DNA from: Eubacteriales bacterium
GTDB lineage: Bacteria; Bacillota; Clostridia; Oscillospirales; UMGS1783
NCBI GenBank assembly: GCA_045541395.1
Contig: JAZQIZ010000001.1
Coordinates: 213,233 to 277,232 of the forward strand
Reading direction: 5' to 3'
Length of the DNA stretch: 64,000 nt
Each line of letters begins with the position of its first letter. The first letter of the stretch is position 1. The notes beneath the pieces are model-generated. The model was not told the origin of the DNA, did not search any database, and worked only from the letters and a program-made list of their open reading frames with translations. A program made the position numbers and the translations under genes. Below, piece by piece: positions 11,668 to 18,857 of this stretch.

Positions 11668-12650
11668 TGAGTAGAAAAACTTATGCAATGGCTATAAGAG
11701 ATGTCATCGCTGAAGAAATGCGCAGAGACGAACGCGTATTCGTAATGGGCGAAGATATCGAAGTTCTTGGCGGTATTTTTGGCTGCACAAGAGGTCTTGC
11801 TGATGAATTCGGCGTAGACAGAGTTAGAAACACTCCCATTTCCGAAGCAGGCTTCGTAGGTGCCGGTCTTGGTGCTGCTTGCGTTGGTATGCGTCCTATC
11901 GTTGAACTTATGTATTTTGACTTTGCGCTTGTTGCTGCTGACCAGATCATCAACCAGGTTGCAAAGACCAGATATGTATTTGGTGGTAAGGCTAGAATTC
12001 CCCTCGTAATCAGAGGTCAGCAGGGTGTTGGCCGTGGTAACGCTGCTACACACTCTCAGTCTTTAGAAGCAATCTTTATGCATTTCCCCGGCTTAAAGCT
12101 GGTTATGCCTTCTACTCCTGATGATGCCGCAGGTCTTCTCCGTACTGCTATCAGAGATGATAACCCTGTTATTTTCATCGAACATAAGGCTCTTTATGTC
12201 AACAAGGGTGAAGTTAATGACGATCCCGATTATTGTATTCCTTTCGGCAAGGCTAAGATCGCCAGAGAAGGTAAGGATGTAACTGTTGTTGCAACTCATA
12301 CTTACGTTCAAAAAGCAATCAATGTTGCTGAAAAGCTTGAAAAAGAAATGGGTATCAGCGTTGAAGTTATCGACCCCAGAACTCTCGTTCCTCTCGATAT
12401 GGATACCATTGAAGCATCCGTTAAGAAGACCGGCCGTGCTGTAGTTGTTCACGAAGCACATAAGGTTTGCGGTATTGGTGCTGAGCTTGCTTCTCAGATC
12501 TCTGAAAGAACCTTTAAGTATCTTGATGCTCCTGTTGAACGTCTTGGTGCTAAGGCTTGTCCTCTGCCTTTCAACCTTGGTCTTGAAAACGCAGTTGTTC
12601 CTCAGGAACAGGATATCTACGACGCAATTAAAAGAACTCTGTATAAATAA
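11667..12650 (+). CDS. 2-oxoacid/acetoin dehydrogenase E1 beta subunit
   Basis: Transketolase-like pyrimidine-binding and C-terminal domains (VFVMGEDI, NTPISEAGFVGAG.GAA, VVVHEA). TAATG overlap with E1 alpha. Confidence 0.88.
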   Translation: MSRKTYAMAIRDVIAEEMRRDERVFVMGEDIEVLGGIFGCTRGLADEFGVDRVRNTPISEAGFVGAGLGAACVGMRPIVELMYFDFALVAADQIINQVAKTRYVFGGKARIPLVIRGQQGVGRGNAATHSQSLEAIFMHFPGLKLVMPSTPDDAAGLLRTAIRDDNPVIFIEHKALYVNKGEVNDDPDYCIPFGKAKIAREGKDVTVVATHTYVQKAINVAEKLEKEMGISVEVIDPRTLVPLDMDTIEASVKKTGRAVVVHEAHKVCGIGAELASQISERTFKYLDAPVERLGAKACPLPFNLGLENAVVPQEQDIYDAIKRTLYK

Positions 12651-12668
12651 TTAAGGAGGCGAAGTAAA

Positions 12669-14645
12669 ATGGCTTCTACTATTATAATGCCTAAACAGGG
12701 CCTCCAGATGACAGAAGGTACTATTATTAAGTGGTTAAAGAAGGAAGGCGAATCCGTTAAGGAAGGCGAACCTTTGTTTGAAATGGAAACCGATAAGCTC
12801 ACCATTACTATGGACTCCACTGCAACCGGTACTCTTCTTAAAATAGTAAAGGGCGAAGGCGAAGTTGTTCCCATCACTGAAGTTATTGCTTATGTTGGTG
12901 AACCAGGCGAAGCTATTCCCGGCGCTGAAGCTCCTGCAGCTGCTCCTGCTCCTGCGGTTGATCCTAGCTCTATTAATGCAAGCATAGTTATTATGCCTAA
13001 GCAGGGCTTACAGATGACCGAAGGCACTATCATTAAGTGGCTCAAAAAAGAAGGCGAAACTGTTAAAGAAGGCGAACCCTTATTTGAAATGGAAACTGAT
13101 AAACTTACCATCACTATGGATTCAACTGCTACAGGTACTGTACTGAAGCTTATCCGTGCTGAAGGTGAAGTTGTTCCCATTACTGAACCTATCGCAGTTA
13201 TCGGTGAACCCGGTACTGACATTGGTCCTCTTCTCGGTGAAGCTCCCGCAGCTCCTGCTGCAGCTCCCGTAGAAGCTGCTCCTGCGGTTGATCTTAGCTC
13301 CATTAAGGCTAGTGTTATTATTATGCCTAAACAGGGCTTACAGATGACTGAAGGTACTATCATTAAATGGCTTAAGAAGGAAGGCGAAACTGTTAAAGAA
13401 GGCGAACCTCTCTTCGAAATGGAAACCGACAAGCTTACTATCACTATGGACTCTACCGCTACAGGTACCGTACTTAAGATAGTTCGCGGCGAAGGTGAAG
13501 TAGTACCTATTACTGAACCTATTGCTGTTGTTGGTGAACCCGGCACTGATTATGCTCCTCTTCTTGGTACAGCTCCCGCTGCTGCACCCGCTGCAACTCC
13601 TGCTGCTCCTGCAGTTACGGCATCTGCTGCTCCTGCAGCTCCTGCAGTAAAGCGTGCTCCCGGTGAAAAGGTATTTGCTACTCCCAGAGCTAAGTGGAGA
13701 GCAGAAGAGAAGGGTATTGCTATTGAAGCAGTAGCTGGTACCGGCCCTGACGGTCTTATTATTGAGAGAGACGTTCTTAACACTGACGTAACCGCAATTA
13801 AGGCTTCTCCTGTTGCTAAGAAGCTTGCTGAGCTCAATGGTGTTGATCTGTCCACTATTACCGGCACCGGCGCTAACGGCAAGATCATGAAGGGCGACGT
13901 TCTTGGCACCAACGCTCCTAAGGAAGAAGTTGTTGCTGAAGTTGCTGCTCCTGTTGCTGTTCAGGCTGAGCATAAGGAAACTATCATTCCCTTTACCGGC
14001 ATGAGAAAGGCTATTGCTAACAACATGATGAAGAGCCTTGAAACTATGGCTCAGGCTAACCACCGTATGAAGGTAGATATGTCTGAATCCGTTCGTTTCA
14101 GAAGCAAACTTAAGGCTGCAGATATCAAGGTATCCTATACTGATATCCTTGTTAAGGCTGTTGCTCACGCACTCATCAAGTATCCTGCTATGAACGCTTG
14201 TGTTGATGGCAATAACATTATTCAGAAGCATTATGTAAATATGGGCATTGCTGTTGCTATTGAAAACGGTCTTATCGTTCCCAATATCAAGGACGCTCAT
14301 CTTAAGTCCGTTGTTGATATCCACGGTGAAGTTGCTTCCTTAGCTAAGAAGGCTAGAGAAGGCAAGCTTACCAGAGATGAATACACCAGCGGTACATTTA
14401 CAATCACCAATCTTGGTATGTATGACATCGATGATTTCACACCCGTTATCAATCCTCCTGAGGTTGGTATCTTAGGTGTTGGTACCATCAAGGATACACC
14501 TGTTGTAGAAAACGGCGAAATTGTTGTTCGTCCTATAATGACTCTGTCTCTTACTTATGACCACAGAGTTATAGACGGCGCACCTGCAGCTGAATTCTTA
14601 CAGTATATCAAGACTCTGCTTCAGAATCCCTATCTGATGATGTAA
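12669..14645 (+). CDS. dihydrolipoamide acyltransferase E2 with three lipoyl domains, two subunit-binding domains and a catalytic domain
   Basis: Three copies of the METDKLT lipoyl-lysine motif, Ala/Pro linkers and two GTG..G.I...DV PSBD-like segments. The catalytic motif is DHRVIDGA. Confidence 0.92.
   Translation: MASTIIMPKQGLQMTEGTIIKWLKKEGESVKEGEPLFEMETDKLTITMDSTATGTLLKIVKGEGEVVPITEVIAYVGEPGEAIPGAEAPAAAPAPAVDPSSINASIVIMPKQGLQMTEGTIIKWLKKEGETVKEGEPLFEMETDKLTITMDSTATGTVLKLIRAEGEVVPITEPIAVIGEPGTDIGPLLGEAPAAPAAAPVEAAPAVDLSSIKASVIIMPKQGLQMTEGTIIKWLKKEGETVKEGEPLFEMETDKLTITMDSTATGTVLKIVRGEGEVVPITEPIAVVGEPGTDYAPLLGTAPAAAPAATPAAPAVTASAAPAAPAVKRAPGEKVFATPRAKWRAEEKGIAIEAVAGTGPDGLIIERDVLNTDVTAIKASPVAKKLAELNGVDLSTITGTGANGKIMKGDVLGTNAPKEEVVAEVAAPVAVQAEHKETIIPFTGMRKAIANNMMKSLETMAQANHRMKVDMSESVRFRSKLKAADIKVSYTDILVKAVAHALIKYPAMNACVDGNNIIQKHYVNMGIAVAIENGLIVPNIKDAHLKSVVDIHGEVASLAKKAREGKLTRDEYTSGTFTITNLGMYDIDDFTPVINPPEVGILGVGTIKDTPVVENGEIVVRPIMTLSLTYDHRVIDGAPAAEFLQYIKTLLQNPYLMM
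12672..13545 (+). repeat. three tandem lipoyl-domain coding repeats inside E2
   Basis: The ATGCCTAA(A/G)CAGGG anchor recurs at 12687, 12993 and 13323, giving periods of 306 and 330 nt. The encoded domains are about 90 percent identical but differ at many synonymous sites. Confidence 0.9.
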
Positions 14646-14661
14646 TTTAATCTAAAAAGAA

Positions 14662-14688
14662 GGGCGTGTAGCATTTTGTTACACGCCC
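14662..14688 (+). other. intercistronic GC-rich stem-loop between E2 and E3, with no U-tract
   Basis: Perfect 9-bp stem gggcgtgta / tacacgccc with a 9-nt loop. It is followed by taagacaat rather than a T-run. Confidence 0.5.
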
Positions 14689-14720
14689 TAAGACAATAAT
14701 CCATAAAGGAGTAATTTAAA

Positions 14721-16115
14721 ATGGCTAATCAGTTCGAAGTAGCTGTTATTGGCGGTGGCCCCGGCGGTTACGTTGCCGCAATTGCCAGCGCACAGCTCGG
14801 TATGAAAACCGTACTTATCGAAAAAGATTCCCTCGGTGGCACTTGCCTAAACCGTGGTTGCATTCCTACTAAAGCTCTTTTACATTCTGCTGAAGTTTAT
14901 ACCAGCGCTAAAGAAGCTGAAGAATACGGTGTACTTACTTCCGGCGTAGCATTTGATTATGCTAAGGTTGCCGCTCGTAAAGATGCTGTTGTTTCCCGTC
15001 TCGTAAGAGGTATTGAAGGTCTTGTTAGAGGTAACAAGGTTACTCTTATTCGCGGCACAGGCGTTTTTAAGAACGCTAATACTATAGAAGTTACCGGTCA
15101 GGAACCTCAGACCGTTACTTTTGATAAAGCTATTATTGCTACTGGTTCTTATCCTGCAAGAATTCCTATTCCCGGTACCGATCTTCCCGGTGTTATGAAC
15201 TCCGATGGTTTCCTTGCTCTTCAGGAACTTCCTAAGTCTGCTGTTGTTATTGGCGGCGGCGTTATTGGTATTGAATTTGCTTCTGTTATGAACGCATTTG
15301 GTACTGATGTTTCTATTATTGAAATGATGACAGAAATTCTTCCCGGTCAGGATGCTGAAATCTGTGCTTCTATGAGAAAGATACTTGAAAAGAAGGGCGT
15401 TCGCTTCCACCTCGGTTCCAAGGTTGTTGGTATTACCAAGGAAGACGGTCTTACCGTTACCTTTGAACAGGACGGCAAGACTCAGACAGAGAAGGGTGAA
15501 ATCGTTATCCTTTCTGCCGGCAGAAGACCTATGTCTCAGGATCTTGGTTTTGAAGCTGTTGGTATTAAGATGGAAAGAGGCTTTGTTCAGGTTAATGAAT
15601 ATTGCCAGACTAACATTCCAAACATTTATGCTATCGGTGATGTTAACGGTAAAGTAATGCTTGCTCATGCTGCTTCTCATCAGGGTATGGTAGCTGTACA
15701 TAACTGTAAGCACGGTAACTCCAAGAAAGCCGATTTTGAACTTGTTCCCGGTTGTGTATATACTACTCCCGAGATAGCCAGTGTTGGTCTTACTGAAGAA
15801 AAAGCTAAGGCTAAGGGTTATGCTGTTAAGGTTGGTAAGTTTGCTGCATCCGGCAACGGTAAGTCCCTTGTTATGGGTGAAACCGAAGGTTTTGTTAAGA
15901 TCGTTTCCGAAGAAAAGACCGGCGAAATCTTAGGTATGCAGTTATTCTGCGGTCATGCTACCGATATGATCGGTGAAGGTCTTGCAGCTATTAAGCTCGA
16001 AAGCACTGTAGAAGAAATTGCTGATGCTATCCATCCTCATCCCACAGTAAATGAAATGATCATGGAAGCTGCTCATATGATTCAGGGCCACTGTGCTCAC
16101 AGCATTAAGAGATAA
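14721..16115 (+). CDS. lpdA: dihydrolipoyl dehydrogenase E3
   Basis: GGGPGGY FAD motif, redox disulfide GTCLNRGCIPTK, and a C-terminal HPHPT dimerisation/His-Glu motif. Confidence 0.93.
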   Translation: MANQFEVAVIGGGPGGYVAAIASAQLGMKTVLIEKDSLGGTCLNRGCIPTKALLHSAEVYTSAKEAEEYGVLTSGVAFDYAKVAARKDAVVSRLVRGIEGLVRGNKVTLIRGTGVFKNANTIEVTGQEPQTVTFDKAIIATGSYPARIPIPGTDLPGVMNSDGFLALQELPKSAVVIGGGVIGIEFASVMNAFGTDVSIIEMMTEILPGQDAEICASMRKILEKKGVRFHLGSKVVGITKEDGLTVTFEQDGKTQTEKGEIVILSAGRRPMSQDLGFEAVGIKMERGFVQVNEYCQTNIPNIYAIGDVNGKVMLAHAASHQGMVAVHNCKHGNSKKADFELVPGCVYTTPEIASVGLTEEKAKAKGYAVKVGKFAASGNGKSLVMGETEGFVKIVSEEKTGEILGMQLFCGHATDMIGEGLAAIKLESTVEEIADAIHPHPTVNEMIMEAAHMIQGHCAHSIKR

Positions 16116-16136
16116 CGTAAGCACAGGAGGTTTACT

Positions 16137-17384
16137 ATGAATTTTGAGTTAGGTTATAGCAAATCTACCGTTAAATTCGAAATAGATGATAAAAACCTTG
16201 CTACTGTTATTAATCCCAATCCTGTAGACGTTCAGGTTGGCGGCAGAGCAGAAGTAAAGAGAAGCCTTGAAAATCCTATCGGTGCTGACAGACTTTCTAA
16301 AATTGTAAAGCCCGGTGAATCTATTGTTATTATAACCAGTGATATTACTCGTCCTGTTCCCAGTTATGATGTTATTCCTCCAATTCTGGATGAGCTTCAG
16401 CTTGCAGGTGTGGACGACAAGGATATTACTGTTGTATTTGCTCTTGGTTCTCATCGTTGCCATACTGAAGAAGAAAAGATTAAGCTTGTAGGTGAAGAGG
16501 TTTATAACAGAGTTAAGTGTATAGACTGCGATCCTAAGGATTCTATCCGCGTTGGTACTTCCAGTGTTGGTACTCCTTACGATGTATTCTCTGTCGTTGC
16601 TAAGGCAGATAGAGTTATTTGTGTTGGCAATATTGAGTTCCATTATTTTGCAGGTTATTCCGGCGGCGCAAAGGCAATTATGCCCGGAGTATGCACTCGT
16701 GATGCTATTCAATCTAATCATTCTATGATGATAAGACCTGAAGCAGCTACCGGTCAGATAGAAGGTAATCCTGTTCGTGCAGATATCGATGAGATCGGTA
16801 AGTTCCAGCGTATTGACTATATTGTTAACGTTGTTCTTGATGCTCATAAGAAGATCCTTAAGAGCTATGCAGGTCATTATATTGATGCACACAGAGCAGG
16901 CTGTGCTTTCCTTGATACCTTATATAAGGTTGAAATTGAGGAAAAGGCAGATATCGTAATTGTATCTGTTGGCGGTTATCCTAAAGACCTTAACCTTTAT
17001 CAGGCTCAGAAGGGTCTTGATAATGCTAAGTTTGCAGTTAAGGATGGCGGTGTTATAATTGTTTCCGCATCTTGCAAAGAAGGCTTAGGTGAGCACGTAT
17101 TTGAAAAATGGATGCTCGAATATTCCCCGGAGGAAAGACTTGAAAACATTCAGAAGGATTTCCAGTTAGGAGGACATAAAGCAGCGGCTATTGCCATGGT
17201 ATTGGAAAAAGCTGATATTTATCTTGTAAGTGATCTTACAGATGAATTTGTTAACAGCATTTATCTGAAGCCCTATCATTCTGTTGATGAAGCAATGGAA
17301 GCTGCATACGCAAAATGCGGCAAGGACGCAAAGGTTATTGTTATGCCTTATGCCGGTTCTACCGTTCCTGTTGTAAAAAAATAA
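16137..17384 (+). CDS. larA: nickel-pincer-cofactor-dependent 2-hydroxyacid racemase, LarA family (probable lactate racemase)
   Basis: It tracks the recalled L. plantarum LarA: NPIG, SDITRPVP (Arg75 equivalent), LGSHR (His108), EFHYFAGYSGGAK (His174, Lys184), SNHS (His200) and NLYQAQKG (Gln295, Lys298). AGGAGG RBS. Confidence 0.85.
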   Translation: MNFELGYSKSTVKFEIDDKNLATVINPNPVDVQVGGRAEVKRSLENPIGADRLSKIVKPGESIVIITSDITRPVPSYDVIPPILDELQLAGVDDKDITVVFALGSHRCHTEEEKIKLVGEEVYNRVKCIDCDPKDSIRVGTSSVGTPYDVFSVVAKADRVICVGNIEFHYFAGYSGGAKAIMPGVCTRDAIQSNHSMMIRPEAATGQIEGNPVRADIDEIGKFQRIDYIVNVVLDAHKKILKSYAGHYIDAHRAGCAFLDTLYKVEIEEKADIVIVSVGGYPKDLNLYQAQKGLDNAKFAVKDGGVIIVSASCKEGLGEHVFEKWMLEYSPEERLENIQKDFQLGGHKAAAIAMVLEKADIYLVSDLTDEFVNSIYLKPYHSVDEAMEAAYAKCGKDAKVIVMPYAGSTVPVVKK

Positions 17385-17391
17385 AAAATAT

Positions 17392-17417
17392 ACGGCATTG
17401 CATTATTGCAATGCCGT
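17392..17417. terminator. bidirectional terminator closing the operon and the convergent ytvI
   Basis: Stem acggcattgca / tgcaatgccgt with a 4-nt loop, A-run before and T-rich tract after. Confidence 0.8.
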
Positions 17418-18490
17418 TATTTTATTTTAAAATATCCACTCCTATAAAGTTTAGATAAAAGCATTATGAGTGTTGGAAAAATTAATACTCCGTAAAATCC
17501 TAATACTTTTCCGCCTATATAAACTGATATCAGAATCAATAGGGGATGGGTATTTGTTTTTTTACCTATGATTTTCGGCTCAATAATGTTTCTGACTATT
17601 GTTATAATTACACAAAGAACCAACAGTCCAATGCCGTTCTTGTAATTTTTACTTATAAGCTCAATTAGTGCCCATGGAACTAATACTGTACCTGAACCTA
17701 CAATTGGTAATATATCAAATAATGCAATTAATATAGCAATAGTGAATGCGTAATCAACATTTATTATTAATAAGCCGATAAACAATTCAATAGCTGTAAT
17801 TAATATAATTAAAAGATAAGCCTTAATTATCTTTGCAATAGTACCGAACGCAAATTGCTTTATAAAAGAAAATTTTGCATAATACGTATTCTTTAATAAT
17901 TTTTTTAGCCTTAAATTTATGCCTTCATAATCAATTGCCAAAAAAATTGATGATAATACACTAACAAGTATAAAAATAATAGCAGAGGGCATTTTTGAAA
18001 GTATTTGAGTTATTGTTTCAAGTAAGTCCCCAAAAAGTTTACTTATAAAACTATAAAGGGTATTATATATCCCTTTGTTTGAGTTTTCCATTCCAATAAT
18101 ATTTAATTGCGGAAATTTACTGTAAATATTATTGATAAAATTGCGAACACTGTTATTGGCAATCGAAATAGCCTGAGAAATGCTGTTCATATCATTCAGA
18201 ATAGCACTTAATTGCTTGAAAATAATAAAAACAATTACAAATACAGCAATAACTATTATGAGCCATACCCCAATTACTGATATTACGGAAACGGCTTTTT
18301 TGTTTATATTATATTTACGTGTAATTTTATTAATTACCGGTTGTACTATAGTTGCTATAGTATATGCAATTAAAAACGGTAAAAAATATTTTAAACCATA
18401 TTTAACTACTAAGAATGTAGCAAATGCAATACATGCATAAAAAACAAAATCAACTATAATTTTAAACTTATTTGCAGTATTATGATTCAT
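17417..18490 (-). CDS. ytvI: sporulation integral membrane protein YtvI (AI-2E/PerM transporter family)
   Basis: Polytopic membrane protein of YtvI length and pattern. The start is set at ATG 18490 (MNHNTANKF...), because the longer listed ORF would run into the divergent gene. Confidence 0.7.
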   Translation of the reverse strand: MNHNTANKFKIIVDFVFYACIAFATFLVVKYGLKYFLPFLIAYTIATIVQPVINKITRKYNINKKAVSVISVIGVWLIIVIAVFVIVFIIFKQLSAILNDMNSISQAISIANNSVRNFINNIYSKFPQLNIIGMENSNKGIYNTLYSFISKLFGDLLETITQILSKMPSAIIFILVSVLSSIFLAIDYEGINLRLKKLLKNTYYAKFSFIKQFAFGTIAKIIKAYLLIILITAIELFIGLLIINVDYAFTIAILIALFDILPIVGSGTVLVPWALIELISKNYKNGIGLLVLCVIITIVRNIIEPKIIGKKTNTHPLLILISVYIGGKVLGFYGVLIFPTLIMLLSKLYRSGYFKIK

Positions 18491-18512
18491 AAATATACTC
18501 CGGGACGTAATT

Positions 18513-18857
18513 ATGAAAAAATTTTTAATAGGTGTACTTACAGGATTTATTAACGGACTAATGGGCGGCGGCGCAGGGCTTGTCTGCGTACCACTCTTAA
18601 GCAAAATATATAATGATACAAAAATGGTTCATGCATATACTGTTGCCACTGTATTATCTGCCACTATTGTTAGCGCAATTGTGTATTGGTTAAAAGGGAA
18701 TCTTCAATTAACTGACGCCAAGAATTTTATTATTGGCGGAGCATTGGCAGCACCGATAGGAGTATTATTGCTCAAAAAAATAAACTCAAAATTTTTAAAA
18801 AAGGTGTTCGCAATTTTTTTAATTTACAGTGCTATAAGGATGATGATAAATGCTTGA
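18513..18857 (+). CDS. TSUP (TauE/SafE) family transporter, half-size subunit 1
   Basis: 114 aa with about 4 TM segments and an N-terminal GLMGGGAG motif typical of one TSUP repeat unit. Confidence 0.7.
   Translation: MKKFLIGVLTGFINGLMGGGAGLVCVPLLSKIYNDTKMVHAYTVATVLSATIVSAIVYWLKGNLQLTDAKNFIIGGALAAPIGVLLLKKINSKFLKKVFAIFLIYSAIRMMINA

Noticed and set aside
13200-13670. Ala/Pro-rich stretches (APAAPAAAPVEAAPA and others) as independent low-complexity repeats or a surface-protein-like region.
   Set aside because: These are the standard flexible linkers between lipoyl, subunit-binding and catalytic domains of E2 proteins.
6247-17417. The dehydrogenase block as a classical genomic island.
   Set aside because: The compositional shift is real. 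However, there is no integrase, tRNA, insertion sequence or repeat at either border, and gap and pduL show a similar codon style. High-expression adaptation is equally plausible. The question is left open in the codon-regime finding.
17417-18604. Extended 395-aa version of ytvI starting at 18604.
   Set aside because: The extra 38 residues (MLKSGTQTSPAPPPISPL...) are antisense to the start of the divergent TauE-like gene and are not membrane-protein-like. The internal ATG at 18490 gives a typical YtvI N-terminus.
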